Shown piece after piece: positions 49,433 through 61,007 of a stretch of DNA of 64,000 nt. Location: assembly GCA_040776945.1 (NCBI GenBank), contig JAXGZN010000002.1:704001-768000 (forward strand), read 5' to 3'. The translations under genes were made by a program, and so were the position numbers. The DNA is from Methanomassiliicoccaceae archaeon. Lineage in GTDB: Archaea > Thermoplasmatota > Thermoplasmata > Methanomassiliicoccales > Methanomassiliicoccaceae. Each line of letters begins with the position of its first letter. The stretch's first letter is position 1. The notes under the pieces are model-generated. The model was not told where the DNA came from, made no database searches, and was given only the letters and a program-made list of their open reading frames with translations.

Positions 49433-49699
49433 TCATCTCAGGCACTTACCGCTCATCTTTCCCTCATCGGTCTTCGGAACGTGATCAAGGTGCTTTGATG
49501 GCATGTTCATTATGATGCGGGCCGCTTCAGCGAACGCTTTGCGCCGCTCCCTGTTCCCGAAGACCTCGGCGGCCATCGCCCTCGCTATGAGGTAGCCGGC
49601 AGCCTCGTTCCGGTCGATGCTCTCCCCGCGCCCTTCATCGCTCACCTGAAACGCCGTTATTGATATTCTTTCTCGGATTATATATATCTGATTACTCAT
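49433..49699 (-). CDS. Hypothetical protein
   Basis: Helical-looking ORF; true start may be the internal GTG (VSDEG). Confidence 0.45.
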   Translation of the reverse strand: MSNQIYIIRERISITAFQVSDEGRGESIDRNEAAGYLIARAMAAEVFGNRERRKAFAEAARIIMNMPSKHLDHVPKTDEGKMSGKCLR

Positions 49700-50560
49700 T
49701 ATAATTATCCTTATGGATATCCTTCACCCAGCTCCGTCTGGCCGCTGTTTTTGTGCGTCAAGCGGGGCTCAGATTATTTCGAGGTACCAACAGCGGTCCG
49801 TCATCGTCCCCTTTTGGACCGCTTTGCCCGCAACCGCGCATGGGGCCATGCGGCGGCCGGCGCATTGGTTCCTCAGGACCGGCCATGTTCGATGACCGAC
49901 GAGAGCGTCCATTCCTCGATCGGGCATTGAGAACCGGGCGACGTGACCAAGATGCGGCCCTTCGTCCAAGATCTCGATGGTCCCCGCAATATGTTCCTTC
50001 CACCCGGAAAGGTCTGGAATGCACGTTCGTTGTTGCGGATATTATCGAGGAATGACCGCTCCGGGGCGATCATCGACCGTTATGTCCATGCCAATGATCC
50101 AGCATTGGTCAATGAGAAAGAAAGAGAGACGTGTCTACGCCCGGTCCCCGGAGGCCCTTGATGGCCTTGCGGGAGGAATGAAGTGTGACCTCTCTGCGCG
50201 AACCATCATCCCTTCCTCCCGTAGGCCGAGGGCAGGAGATTGTCGGCGGTCGTTGAACCTAGACCAAGGGGAAGTTCTCCTGTTCCTCTCCACTTCAAAT
50301 TGCATCGACCTGTTTATAATAATAACTAAAGGCATACAATGTCACAGCTCCGCCGTTGGAGCGGTTCCATTTTGATCTGGCCTCTGAGCTCGATCTCTAT
50401 TTCGGACATCTTGTCGGACGCAGCGGGGCCATTGGACCGCAGGCTGACGTCGGACGTTCCGATGACCTGAGAGCGGCATGTCCGAACCGCCTTGCTCCGA
50501 GACCGCCTGTTCGATGAAAGCTTGATTTACCTTATGCCCCGCTAGATATGGTGAGGACCG

Positions 50561-52969
50561 ATGATGGAGCAGAAGAACCGGCTGACGGACGAGCGGCCCG
50601 ATAGGCTCGACCTCTTGACCGTTCTGTCGGGGACCACGAGCTTCATATTCCTTGTCGACAGGCATCTTCGGATACGCTTCGCCAGCCCCAGCGCTGCAAT
50701 GTACTTCGGAATGGTAAGCGAAGCCATGGAGGGCAGACGGTTCCAGGACCTTCCGCTTCCCGAGGGCGTGGCCAGGGACTACGAGGAGGTCGTGCTGCGC
50801 GCCTTCGAGAACGATGCGCCCCAAGAGGCGGAGTCCTCGTTCGCGCTGCCAAGCGGACGGGCGCACTTCGCCTACGATGCCGTACCGGTAAGAGGGCTGG
50901 AGGGGGCCGTAGAGGTGGTCCTTACCGCCAGGGACATTACCGCCAGCAAGAGCGGGGAGATCCTGGGCGAAGTGCTCAATCGCATATATGGAACGATCAG
51001 CTCGACGATGAGCACCCCCGAGATCATGAAGCGCGTGATAGACATCTCGGCCTCGGCGCTGGACAGCGATGCCTTGGCGGTGATCATGCCGGAGAAGGGC
51101 AGGTGGATGGCCCGATATGTGCACGATGCCCCGTCCTCCAAGCTCGCAGGCATAGCGATGGACGAAGCGGAAATTCGCCGCGCCTTCCTTGCGCCGGACG
51201 AGGTACCTGCCGCGGTCGAGGACGTCCGCCAGGCAGCTTGGGTCGACCAGGAGGTCATGGCCCGCCTGAGGATCATGTCGTTCATCAGCGTGCCGTTCAA
51301 GGTCCGCTCCGCGGTGACAGGTCTGTTGACCATATCCTTCGCCCGCCCCCGGAGGATCACACCCGAGGAGGTCGATTTCTCCGGCAAGTTGGCCACCGCG
51401 GTCTCGCAGGCCCTGGAGAACTCCGAGCTGTACCATCAGGAAATGGAGCTTAGGTACCTCGTACAGGCCCTGCTGGACGACGTTCCGGCGGTGATCATGG
51501 CCGTGGACGGCCAGGACCAGAGGGTCAAGTGGTCCAATCGCTATTCCGACCGGTACAGGCCTGAGGAGCTGAGGGGGCTCTCGACCACCGGTCTCTGTCT
51601 CGGACCGATCGTCCCTGGCTTCGAGGAGGCGGGGATCGCCGACATCTTCAGGAAGGTGGCGATGAACGGCCGGCCGTTCTACGCGAGCGAGTTCATGGTC
51701 ACCGGCCTCGGGCCGGAGACCACGTATTGGAACGGTTCGGTCGTCCCGCTGCGCCAAAGCGGCAGCAACATCCCGGACCTGCTTATCATGGCCGTGGATG
51801 TCACCGAGCAGGTCAGGGCCCGCAAGATGGCCGGGGAGAGCTCCCACAAGGTCCAAGAGGAGAGGGCGCGCCTGCATGCCATGCTCGCAACCCTGCCGGT
51901 GGGAGTGGCCATTGTCGGCCGCTCCGGCCGGGTGACTGACCTCAATGAGGCGGGAGAGAAGCTCTGGGCGAGCGTTCTCCCGTCCTTCAGCGACCTGAAG
52001 GACCTGGCTGACGTTCAGGCGTGGTCGTTCGAGAGCGGAGAGCCGATGAGGCTGGACGATTGGGGAATGGTCAAGGCCGCCTTCAGCGGCATTGCCACGG
52101 ACAACGAGATGGTCACCATTGCCAGGTATGACGGGAGGAAGATGGTCATAATGATGTCCTCCACACCCCTGCGCGATGCCTCGGCGGGGGTCATCGGCGC
52201 GGTGGTGGTAGGACAGGACCTGACCAACCAGCTGCAGGTCCGGAGAGAGCTGGTGGAATCGAAGGAGCGCGCCGAGATGTTCGTCGACCTCCTTACGCAC
52301 GATGTGAGCAACCTGAACGCGGCGGCCATGGGATATCTTCAGCTGCTCCAGTCGGCGGAGTCCTTGGGAAAGAAGGAGAGGGGATGGACCGTCGGATCGC
52401 TCCAAGCCTTGGAGGAGTGCTCGAGACTGATCGAGAGCATCAGGGGCCTGCAGGACATCGAGTCCGGCAGAGAGGCCCTGGCCATCGTCGACCTGGACCG
52501 CGTGCTCCGCGAGGTCATCGGCGGTCTTGTCCCTCATCCCAGCCGTGAGATCGATGTCCGACTGTCCTCGAGGGGCAACCACTGCGTCCTCGCCAGCCCG
52601 CTGGTGAAGGAGCTGTTCTCCAACCTGCTGGACAACTCGATAAAGCACTCCGAGGGGCCGCTGACCGTATGGATCAACGTCCGCTCGATTTACGAGACCG
52701 GCAGGGAGTATCACCGCGTGGAGATCGATGACGACGGGCCGGGGATCCAGGACAGGATGAAGGAGAACGTGTTCTCCAGGACCTGGCGGGGCCGCACCAA
52801 GGGCGTCGGGAAGGGGCTGGGCCTGTTCCTGGTGCGCAGGCTGGCGGAGAGCCTGGAAGGACAGGTATGGGTCGAGGACCGGGTCTCCGGGCGGGCGGAC
52901 ATGGGAGCCCGCTTCGTGGTGCTCCTGCCGGCGGCCGACTGTGCGCGGGGAAAGGAGCGGGACGGCTAG
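50561..52969 (+). CDS. PAS/GAF sensor histidine kinase
   Basis: H-box LTHDVSN, N-box NLLDNSIKH, DDGPG and GLGL. Confidence 0.93.
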   Translation: MMEQKNRLTDERPDRLDLLTVLSGTTSFIFLVDRHLRIRFASPSAAMYFGMVSEAMEGRRFQDLPLPEGVARDYEEVVLRAFENDAPQEAESSFALPSGRAHFAYDAVPVRGLEGAVEVVLTARDITASKSGEILGEVLNRIYGTISSTMSTPEIMKRVIDISASALDSDALAVIMPEKGRWMARYVHDAPSSKLAGIAMDEAEIRRAFLAPDEVPAAVEDVRQAAWVDQEVMARLRIMSFISVPFKVRSAVTGLLTISFARPRRITPEEVDFSGKLATAVSQALENSELYHQEMELRYLVQALLDDVPAVIMAVDGQDQRVKWSNRYSDRYRPEELRGLSTTGLCLGPIVPGFEEAGIADIFRKVAMNGRPFYASEFMVTGLGPETTYWNGSVVPLRQSGSNIPDLLIMAVDVTEQVRARKMAGESSHKVQEERARLHAMLATLPVGVAIVGRSGRVTDLNEAGEKLWASVLPSFSDLKDLADVQAWSFESGEPMRLDDWGMVKAAFSGIATDNEMVTIARYDGRKMVIMMSSTPLRDASAGVIGAVVVGQDLTNQLQVRRELVESKERAEMFVDLLTHDVSNLNAAAMGYLQLLQSAESLGKKERGWTVGSLQALEECSRLIESIRGLQDIESGREALAIVDLDRVLREVIGGLVPHPSREIDVRLSSRGNHCVLASPLVKELFSNLLDNSIKHSEGPLTVWINVRSIYETGREYHRVEIDDDGPGIQDRMKENVFSRTWRGRTKGVGKGLGLFLVRRLAESLEGQVWVEDRVSGRADMGARFVVLLPAADCARGKERDG

Positions 52970-53301
52970 AGGCGGCCCTGCTCCACCGCTATCTTGGCCT
53001 TTTCCAAGGTCTCCACGAGCTTATCCACCGTAGGCACTCCGCCGAAGAGGGTCAGGCTGCAGTTTATGAAGAGCGCCGGGGTGACCCCTTGGCCGTACTT
53101 CTGGAACAGGGGTTGTATGGCGCCGCAGAACTGGTACTTCGGGGACATGCGGGCCTCGGTAGCGTGCACCAGATCGATCTCCGCCTCCAAGCCTGTCCTT
53201 CGAAGGGCTTCCTTGAGATGTTCGACGTACTGCTGGTCGTACGGCGCCAGCTTGGGGTTGCAGCAAGCGAACGATAGTATCGTAAGGCGCATCTTGTCCA
53301 T
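52966..53301 (-). CDS. Thioredoxin-like / ArsD-like arsenic metallochaperone
   Basis: N-terminal CC, TPALFIN..GGVP; follows the arsA-like gene. Confidence 0.65.
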   Translation of the reverse strand: MDKMRLTILSFACCNPKLAPYDQQYVEHLKEALRRTGLEAEIDLVHATEARMSPKYQFCGAIQPLFQKYGQGVTPALFINCSLTLFGGVPTVDKLVETLEKAKIAVEQGRL

Positions 53302-53384
53302 GTCATCCCTCTTTTTGTTCGGCCCGAACGTAGAAAGATGCCCCCAACGCTATAGATACCTTCCCGCTGGAGGCGAGGGAGCGA

Positions 53385-54302
53385 TCATCCATACAGTATC
53401 TTCCCCACCTTTCGCAGGCTCTCCACGCCATAGATGTCCGTCTCGAACAACGGGACCTCGCGGAGCACCTTGTCTTGGAACTTCTCCCCGATGATCGCCA
53501 GGTACTTGTCCTGGGTGGCCCTCCGGCGCTCCAGGAACCAGTTGCCCTGCAGCACCTCCCGGGGGATCACCTCGTTGATTATGAGGGCCGGCACCTTGAT
53601 GCCGAAGGTCCCTAGGTCCTCCACCGCCCGCTCGGTCTCGTCCACCGGGAGCTTCTCCGGCAGCAGGACTAGGTTGAACGCCGATATGGTCTCATCGGAA
53701 AGGGCGCGGACCGCCGCATCGTACCTGGAGCGCTCCGCCTTGAGGTCGTTTATCATGTTCTCATCGTAGACGAACCCCATCAGTTCCGAGAGCTCCTTGC
53801 GGCTCTCGATCTGATTTGTGATGTAGCCGGACCAGTCGAAGGGCATGCTCAGCTCCCGCAGGGTATGGCCCGTGGGAGCGGTATCGAACACCACCTTGTC
53901 ATGTTCCGTGTCGGCCATGTGGGAGACGAACTGGTCGAAGGCGGCGATCTCCTCCGTGCAGGGGGTCGACAGAAGCTCGGACCCGAAGAGTGTGGAGAAT
54001 CCCTCCATCATGTTGTTCATCCGGCTCTGGAAGACGCCCATGGCCTTCTTGGGATTTATGTTGAGACCGCAGAGGTTCTCCTGTTTGTCGATGATCGTGA
54101 TCTCGGTCTCTCCGATCGGCTGCTCGTATATCGCGGAGAGAGATACCGTGGGGTCCGTGGCGACTATGAGGGTCTTGTACCCCTGGTCGGCGAGCCAGCT
54201 GGCGGTGGCCGATGCCATGGTGGTCTTCCCCACTCCGCCTTTGCCCCCGAAGAAAAGGAACTTCTTGCTCTCGACGATCTCGGTCAAACTGAGTGGCTTC
54301 AT
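53385..54302 (-). CDS. arsA: ArsA/GET3 family ATPase
   Basis: GKGGVGKTT, TDP, PCTEEIAAFD and DTAPTGHTLR. Confidence 0.9.
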   Translation of the reverse strand: MKPLSLTEIVESKKFLFFGGKGGVGKTTMASATASWLADQGYKTLIVATDPTVSLSAIYEQPIGETEITIIDKQENLCGLNINPKKAMGVFQSRMNNMMEGFSTLFGSELLSTPCTEEIAAFDQFVSHMADTEHDKVVFDTAPTGHTLRELSMPFDWSGYITNQIESRKELSELMGFVYDENMINDLKAERSRYDAAVRALSDETISAFNLVLLPEKLPVDETERAVEDLGTFGIKVPALIINEVIPREVLQGNWFLERRRATQDKYLAIIGEKFQDKVLREVPLFETDIYGVESLRKVGKILYG

Positions 54303-54329
54303 CTGGTATCCTCCTCCCTTCCAAGGCGT

Positions 54330-54770
54330 ATGATGTCCATTATTCTTTCTGTCCTCAGGGCCTCGGGCGGCGATGTTCCTTGCTCTCTCCCCCGCCCCGC
54401 GATGGGGCGCCCCGGCCTTCCGCCCTTGGCCGCTGGGCCCCGACAGGCCCTGGTCGAAAATATCATTACGTTGTGTGGTGGCCGCAGGCCATCAGCTGGA
54501 AATGCTATTGCAAAGGACACGCTGCGTTCGATCGCCCTGCCCCATCATATCCGGCATCAGCACCGCCCAGGTCGTTGGTGTGCTGAAGGAGGCCGGGGAT
54601 ATCGGAAGGGAGATGGCAAGGCCGGTCACGGCCATCTTCGATGACCTGGGCAGGCGCTCATCCCAGCCATGGCCGCTCGGCGTCGTGAGGCCTTTCACGG
54701 CGGCCGCGACTGATCGATACCTGCAGTGGAACGTCGTCCACCGAACCCACGGACGCTCCTGAGATAACAT
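54330..54770 (-). pseudogene. Possible decayed Acr3-type transporter remnant
   Basis: Broken hydrophobic fragments (AVTGLAISLPI, SVSFAIAF, AATT) in shifting frames upstream of arsA. Confidence 0.3.
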
Positions 54771-54935
54771 GGTCCCAGATAGAGAGAACGATGGTGAAGG
54801 TCCGGAAGAGGAACAGGTCGCTCAGCTCTCCAGAGCCCCCTGTCCTTATTATTATCTATTCAGATACTAGTAATTGTGGAGGCATCTATTATATCGGGAG
54901 CGGAGAATGCAGTAAGGACATGGAGGGGAGTCCCG

Positions 54936-56336
54936 ATGCAGGTCCTTTTCGTAGACGAAGACCCGACCGACCTGGAGACCTGGGCTAGTCGGTTGGCGGC
55001 GGAGGGGGACATAAAGGTAGATACCGCCTCCTCGGGCCAGGTCGCTTTGGACATGATAGCATCGGGCAACTACGACGCGGTGGTTAGCGATTGCATGACC
55101 GCTCCGTCGATGAACGGCGTCGATCTTCTGCGAAGCGCGCGGGCGATGGGCTATATAAACACCTTCCTGCTGATGTCGAGCACGGTCAACGAGGACATAG
55201 TGCTCGACGCCATACTCAACGGAGTGGACCAATACCTGCCAAGGACCGGGGACATGGCCCATGATGTCTCCATCGTTCGCTCATTCCTTGAGACGAGGCA
55301 GAAGCGGATGCGAGAGGAGAGGGAAAGAAGGAACGAGGCCGCCTACCACTCGCTCCTTATGCGCATGCAGGAAGGGTTCGCCTACCATCGCATCGTGCAC
55401 GATGGGCAGGGGCGGCCGGTCAGCTCGACCATCATTGACGTCAATGATGCTTTCGAGAAGGTGTTCTCTCCTAAGGGCGGATCTGTCCTGGGCCGCGATG
55501 TCAGGGACCTGATCATCGCCAACGAAGGGTTCGAGAGCGAGATCCTCAGGGCCTTCGACGAGATCATCAAGACCGGCAGGGAGGTCCGCTTCACGGCGCG
55601 GTCCGCTCAGCTCGACCGATGGTTCTCGGTCGCGCTCTATGCTCCGGAGCCAGGGTATTTCGTGACCATCCTCACGGACCTCACGGCGGAGAAGAAGATG
55701 GAGGAGGAGCTGAAGCTCTCCAAGAAGAAGGTGTCCCTGGTGGGGTCCATCACCCTCCATGACCTCATGAACCAGCTGTCCATCCTCTATGGGTACCTGG
55801 ACATCGCCAGGACCAAGGAGGACATCGGTCTGATGAGGGAGTACATCGACAAGGCCGCCGTCTCGGGGGAGAAGATGAGGAGGGCGATGCTGTTCTCCCA
55901 GGACTATCTCCGCATGGGGGAACAGAGCCCGGAGTGGTTCTCCGCCCAGGAGGTCGCGTCCAAGGGCATCGCCGAGGCCCAAATGGGAGATGCCAAGGCG
56001 ACCATATGCCTGAACGGCCTGGAGATCTACGCCGACCCGCTGATACGCAAGGTGTTCCACAACCTTGCGTTCAACGCGGTGCGGCACGGTCATGCCCGTG
56101 AGGTCATGTTCACCTATGAGAATAGCGGGAACGACCTGCTGATCGTATGCCAGGATAACGGTTCCGGGGTGAGGCCGGAGAAGCGCCAGGAAATGTTCGA
56201 TGACCGTTTCGGGCACGGGCTGTACCTGGTCAAGGAGGTTCTGGCCATCACAGGCATGAGCATCCGGGAGACGAGGCCTCCGCAGGGCGCAAGGTTCGAG
56301 ATCCTAGTGCCTTGGGGCCGCTACCGGTTCTCCTGA
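54936..56336 (+). CDS. Hybrid receiver-PAS-histidine kinase
   Basis: LFVDED receiver, VVSD, HDLMNQL, NAVRHG and DNGSG. Confidence 0.9.
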   Translation: MQVLFVDEDPTDLETWASRLAAEGDIKVDTASSGQVALDMIASGNYDAVVSDCMTAPSMNGVDLLRSARAMGYINTFLLMSSTVNEDIVLDAILNGVDQYLPRTGDMAHDVSIVRSFLETRQKRMREERERRNEAAYHSLLMRMQEGFAYHRIVHDGQGRPVSSTIIDVNDAFEKVFSPKGGSVLGRDVRDLIIANEGFESEILRAFDEIIKTGREVRFTARSAQLDRWFSVALYAPEPGYFVTILTDLTAEKKMEEELKLSKKKVSLVGSITLHDLMNQLSILYGYLDIARTKEDIGLMREYIDKAAVSGEKMRRAMLFSQDYLRMGEQSPEWFSAQEVASKGIAEAQMGDAKATICLNGLEIYADPLIRKVFHNLAFNAVRHGHAREVMFTYENSGNDLLIVCQDNGSGVRPEKRQEMFDDRFGHGLYLVKEVLAITGMSIRETRPPQGARFEILVPWGRYRFS

Positions 56337-56338
56337 GA

Positions 56339-56503
56339 TCAATCCTCGATCTGCTCGAACTCCGATTTGGGCGCTCCGCACATGGGGCAGACCCAATCGT
56401 CCGGGAGGGCCTCGAACGCCGTGCCCGGCGGAATGTCACTGAGCGGATCGCCGACCTCGGGATCGTACACGTAGCCGCAGACCAAACATCTCCATTTTTT
56501 CAT
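56339..56503 (-). CDS. Rubredoxin (54 aa)
   Basis: Manual translation [19 protein letters not shown]...[17 protein letters not shown]. Confidence 0.95.
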   Translation of the reverse strand: MKKWRCLVCGYVYDPEVGDPLSDIPPGTAFEALPDDWVCPMCGAPKSEFEQIED

Positions 56504-57036
56504 CTTTGCTCCATCCTTTTCACGATGGCACCGTATTTCTCATGTAAAAGCTTGTGGTCGAACTCCGTGAACTGAGCGATGAGATCTGCGCTCTCCTCCC
56601 TTGTCAGGTGCCTCATGGCCTCGGGGAAGAACTCCTGGTCCTCGCGCTTGATGTGCTCGGGAGAGAGCTTGACAAGCTCTGCCAGGGCTCTGGAGATCTC
56701 CCTGTCCCTGTCCCTGCCTTTGTTGCGGCCGCTCCCGAGCAGGCGCTCCAGTGCGGATATGATGGTCCGGGCATGCGCGTGGTCGGCGATCAGGCCGTCC
56801 ATGGCCTGCATCATCTCGGGGGGCATGGTCTTGGACCTCAGCTTGGCGAACAGCAGCCTCTCCTCCTTCCCATAGTGGCACTGCTCGGCGTAGGTCCTGA
56901 GGAAATCGACGATGATGGTCAGGAGGCCGTCATCCGGCGCTCCTCCGCCATCGATCGCCCTCCTCTGCTGGTCCAATAGAGCGATCGCCCTTTCGATGAG
57001 CCGATGCTCGATCATCAATCGTCCAGCGGGCAACAT
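56500..57036 (-). CDS. Hemerythrin (HHE) domain protein
   Basis: [21 protein letters not shown] and [11 protein letters not shown]. Confidence 0.9.
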   Translation of the reverse strand: MLPAGRLMIEHRLIERAIALLDQQRRAIDGGGAPDDGLLTIIVDFLRTYAEQCHYGKEERLLFAKLRSKTMPPEMMQAMDGLIADHAHARTIISALERLLGSGRNKGRDRDREISRALAELVKLSPEHIKREDQEFFPEAMRHLTREESADLIAQFTEFDHKLLHEKYGAIVKRMEQR

Positions 57037-57083
57037 GGTCCGACCCGGCACCAGGGCCATTGAATTGCTTTCCTGCGCCCGCC

Positions 57084-57539
57084 TCAGGGGCGGGCATAGG
57101 TGGCCATGGCCTCCCCGTACTGAGAGACCTTGCCCTTCATGGCCAGCTCCAGCTCCTCCTTGGAAGCGCCGGCCCTGAGATCTATCGGACCGGTCAGCCC
57201 ATACACCTTTAGGTAGTACCGGTGCTCTCCCCCGGGCGGACAGGGGCCCATGTACCCGATCTCATCGCCGGTGTTGGTCCCCTGTGTCGAGCCAGGGAGC
57301 TCAGGAGGGTGCGCCGCATTTGATATCTTCTCCGGGACCTTGTCCCTGGACGGGATGTTCCATATGATCCAGTGCGTGAAGGTCCCGGAGGGAGCGTCGG
57401 GATCGTCCATGATCATGGCGAAGTAAGGCGCCGTTAGCCCGACGATCGTGATCGCAGGCGATATGTCCTGCCCGTCGCAGGTATGCCTGGCAGGGTACTT
57501 CTTGAATCCTAGTTCGATTTTCAGGTCGTTCTTGCTCAT
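57084..57539 (-). CDS. YbhB/YbcL (PEBP) family protein
   Basis: DDPDAP..FTHW, GPCPP and HRY. Confidence 0.93.
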   Translation of the reverse strand: MSKNDLKIELGFKKYPARHTCDGQDISPAITIVGLTAPYFAMIMDDPDAPSGTFTHWIIWNIPSRDKVPEKISNAAHPPELPGSTQGTNTGDEIGYMGPCPPGGEHRYYLKVYGLTGPIDLRAGASKEELELAMKGKVSQYGEAMATYARP

Positions 57540-57791
57540 GCGCTCGGCCTCTCTGGATGCGCCCCCTCCGGGACGTGCCCGGACGTGGGGCGACCATCGT
57601 TCATCATGTCATCACCAGGCTGAAGTATCTTCGCATCCCGCTCCATCAGGGTCCTTCCGGCCGGTCCGCGCCCCTCCGGTCCAAGCTGCCCGCTGGATCA
57701 CATCTGATGGGGGCGGCAGCTCTCATGGGGTTGAGAGACTAGAGGGACCTCGCTCACTTCCTGGAGGCGGGGCGGACTGGCCCCATAAAGG

Positions 57792-58220
57792 TCAGGCCAG
57801 CTCCGTCCTCTGGATAAGCTGCCCTCCCTTGGACAGGATGGCGTTGATGGCCTCGTCCACATGATCGACCCTGATGATGAGGACGGCGTTCGGCCTTCCC
57901 GTGTACGCGTAGGCATACTCTATATTGATCCCTGCATCCCCCAGCATCCTCGATATCTCCCTGAGGCCGCCGGGACGGTCGTGCATCTTGATCCCGATGA
58001 CCTCGGTCGTGGACACAACGTAACCTAGCGAGGAGAGCTTCTTGAACGCCCTCTCCGGGTCGTCGACCAGCGCCCTGATGACCCCGAACCCGCTGGCCTC
58101 GGCGATGGAGAACGCCAGGATATTGATGTTCTCGGATTCGAGCGCCTCGGCGATGGCCGCTAGCCTTCCCGGCCTGTTCTCGGCGAAGATCGATATCTGC
58201 TTGATCGTGTAGGTCATCAC
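57792..58220 (-). CDS. Tandem ACT domain protein
   Basis: KQISIFAENRPGRL, DRPGGL and NIEYAYAY. Confidence 0.92.
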   Translation of the reverse strand: MMTYTIKQISIFAENRPGRLAAIAEALESENINILAFSIAEASGFGVIRALVDDPERAFKKLSSLGYVVSTTEVIGIKMHDRPGGLREISRMLGDAGINIEYAYAYTGRPNAVLIIRVDHVDEAINAILSKGGQLIQRTELA

Positions 58221-59521
58221 AGCACCCTCCTGTCTATCACTCTCTTGGCCTTGCCTTCGAAGCGGGTCAAGGTCTCGGGAGATACCAGTTCCACGTCCAC
58301 CGCGACATTGAGGTTGTTCCTGAGCTGGTGGGCGACCTTGTTCTTAAGGCGGATAAGGTCGTCGAGCTTGTCCGAGAACAGCTGGGCGCTCTTGAGCTCC
58401 ACCCTCACCAGCATGGTGTCCAACGCGCCCTTGCGGTCGACAACGATCTGAAAATGCTCCCCCAGCTCAGGGACGGACATCAGAGCGTGCTCGATCTGCG
58501 ACGGGAAAACGTTGATCCCGCGTATGATCAGCATGTCGTCCACCCGGCCCTGGATCCGTGATATCCGGACGTGGGAGCGGCCGCATCCGCACACGGAGTC
58601 CTCGAACGACGTGATGTCCCCTATGCGGTAACGCATCATCGGCAGGGCCTCCTTCTGAAGCATGGTGATCACCAGTTCTCCCTTCTCCCCCGGCCCCAGG
58701 CGTTCCCCGGTCTCGGGATCGATGACCTCAACATACGCGAGGTCGCCCCAGATATGTATGCCGTTCTGCTCGCTGCACTCGGTGAACAGAGGTCCCGAGA
58801 GCTCTGAGGTGCCGTAGATGTCGTATGCCTTGATGCCCGTGGAGCCCTCTATGCGGGCCCTCATCTTCTCCGACCAGGGCTCCGCTCCCAGGACCGCGGT
58901 GCGAAGGCGAGTGTCCCGCTCGAAGCTGACCCCCATCTTCTCTGCCACCTCGGAAAGGTGCAGCATGTACGAGGGGGTGCACGCGATCGCAGTGACCCTC
59001 AGGTCCTGGATGAGCTCGATCTGCCGCTCGGTGTTGCCGACCGAGGCGGGCACCACCGTCGCCCCCATCCTCTCCGCGCCGTAATGAAGGCCGAGACCGC
59101 CGGTGAACAGACCATAGCCGTAGGAGACCTGGAGCACGTCCCTGCGGCCCAGTCCGATGGAGGTAAGGCCTCGGGCCACGGAGATGGCCCAATTTTCCAG
59201 GTCCCTGTGCGTATACCCGACCACGGTCGGCTTTCCGGTGGTCCCGGACGATACGTGGTAGCGAACGAGGTCTTCCTGGCCGCCGATGAACATGCCGTCA
59301 GGGTAGTTGTCCCGGAGGTCCTTCTTGTACATGAACGGCAGCTTGACGATATCGTCCAGGGACCTGATGTCGTCAGGATGCACGTTGTGCTCCTTCATCC
59401 GGGAGCGGTAGAAATCGGAGAAGGAGTACAGCCGGTAGACCAAGGTCTTCAACAGCTTGAACTGCAGCGCTTCTATCTCGGTCCTCGGCATCTCCTCGAT
59501 TCGGGGGTCCAGGTACTTCAC
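58217..59521 (-). CDS. paaK: Phenylacetate-CoA ligase family protein
   Basis: SSGTTGKP, YGYGLFTGGLG, YGTSE and GRVDDMLIIRGINVFP. Confidence 0.92.
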   Translation of the reverse strand: MKYLDPRIEEMPRTEIEALQFKLLKTLVYRLYSFSDFYRSRMKEHNVHPDDIRSLDDIVKLPFMYKKDLRDNYPDGMFIGGQEDLVRYHVSSGTTGKPTVVGYTHRDLENWAISVARGLTSIGLGRRDVLQVSYGYGLFTGGLGLHYGAERMGATVVPASVGNTERQIELIQDLRVTAIACTPSYMLHLSEVAEKMGVSFERDTRLRTAVLGAEPWSEKMRARIEGSTGIKAYDIYGTSELSGPLFTECSEQNGIHIWGDLAYVEVIDPETGERLGPGEKGELVITMLQKEALPMMRYRIGDITSFEDSVCGCGRSHVRISRIQGRVDDMLIIRGINVFPSQIEHALMSVPELGEHFQIVVDRKGALDTMLVRVELKSAQLFSDKLDDLIRLKNKVAHQLRNNLNVAVDVELVSPETLTRFEGKAKRVIDRRVL

Positions 59522-59985
59522 ATCATCACCTTTAGGTTGACCGGGCGATCATCGCGAAACGCCCGGGGGACGTGACCTGCTGGGGCATGGCGTGGCCGAT
59601 ATTTCATCCTTCCCGAAAATCGGTGGCCTGTCACGGCCGGGGGAGGTGATTGATTGGACCTAGCATAGACCGGCCCGAGGCCGGCCATTGTCCTCGGGAC
59701 GCTCTCCTCGGCCATGCCCGTGGAGGAGGCGGTCGATGCCAAGGTTTCCGATCATCTCGCCCTCAGCGGCGATGCCGCTTTCCGCCATGCGCTCCGGCCT
59801 GATGCTCAGCGAGCGTTGAACGTGATGCCGGACCTCTTGTCGTCCTGATGCAATGGAAGGCGGGACCGGCGGGTGCCTCTATCTCTTATCTGTATAAAGA
59901 AAGGTGCATCGGTCATCGAACGGGCAGGAAATATTATGAACAACGAACCGGCTTGATGACCGGGATCGTTATTACCGAGGACCAT

Positions 59986-61002
59986 ATGGGCCGGGACAGG
60001 GCCGTCGGCATAGTCTGCCTTGTCATCATCGCGGCGATCGTGGTGATCGATAGTTACACCGTGATCGGGGTAGCTACCGGGGTCCTATACATCGTGCCGG
60101 TCGGGACCACAGTGCTTTCCTCGAGCAGGAAGCTCACCATCTGGATGGCCGTAGCTTCTTTGCCCTTGATCGCTCTGGGATATCTCATATCGCCTCCCGG
60201 CCCCCTATATTTCGGCCTGTTCAACAGAGGCATTGCCGTCGTGGCGGTGGCGTTCATCACGTTCACGGTCCTGATGGTGAAGAAGAACGAGGAGCGGAGC
60301 AGGGAGTACAGCGCGGCCCTCCAGAGGTCCAACGCTGACCTTCAGAGGTTCGCGTACGTCGCCTCGCATGATCTCAGAGAGCCGTCGAGGATGGTCATCA
60401 ATTTCCTGGGCCTTTTAGAAAGGAAGTACGCTGATGGGCTGGACGACACCGCCAGGAACTATATCCGATATGCAGTGGACGGCTCAAAGAGAATGGAGGC
60501 CTTGATAGAGGACATCTTGGCCTACTCTCGGGTTGAGAGCAGGGCATGCCCGCTACGACCTATGGACGCGGAGGAAGCTCTGGCCATTGCGCTGGAGGAC
60601 CTCTCCAGAGTGGTGGAAGAGAGCGGCGCGAAGGTGACCCATGATCCCCTGCCGACGGTCATGGCCGACCGCTCTCAGATCGTCCAGCTCCTTGAGAACT
60701 TGATCGGGAACGCCATCAAGTATCGCGGCGAAGCTAGGCCTTTGGTCCATGTGCAGGCCGTCCGAAAGGGAGATGCATGGCAGTTCTCGGTGAGCGACAA
60801 CGGCATAGGGATGGACATGGCCTACGCGGGAAAGGTCTTTGAGATGTTCCAACGCCTGCACTCTAGCACAGAATACCCGGGGACCGGCATCGGCCTCGCC
60901 ATAGCCAAGAAGATCGTGGAAAGGCACGGCGGCAAGATATGGGTGGAGAGCGAGATAGGGAAAGGTTCAAGGTTCTTCTTCACATTGCCGGACAGGAGTT
61001 GA
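59986..61002 (+). CDS. Membrane sensor histidine kinase
   Basis: N-terminal TMs, [17 protein letters not shown] and FQRLH..GTGIGL. Confidence 0.93.
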   Translation: MGRDRAVGIVCLVIIAAIVVIDSYTVIGVATGVLYIVPVGTTVLSSSRKLTIWMAVASLPLIALGYLISPPGPLYFGLFNRGIAVVAVAFITFTVLMVKKNEERSREYSAALQRSNADLQRFAYVASHDLREPSRMVINFLGLLERKYADGLDDTARNYIRYAVDGSKRMEALIEDILAYSRVESRACPLRPMDAEEALAIALEDLSRVVEESGAKVTHDPLPTVMADRSQIVQLLENLIGNAIKYRGEARPLVHVQAVRKGDAWQFSVSDNGIGMDMAYAGKVFEMFQRLHSSTEYPGTGIGLAIAKKIVERHGGKIWVESEIGKGSRFFFTLPDRS

Positions 61003-61007
61003 GCTCT

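Noticed and set aside
50342-52714. 790-aa ORF antisense to the histidine kinase, and similar long antisense ORFs over srp54, lon, pheT and the transposase
   Set aside because: Shadow ORFs caused by GC-rich codon bias; the opposite strand has clear family motifs
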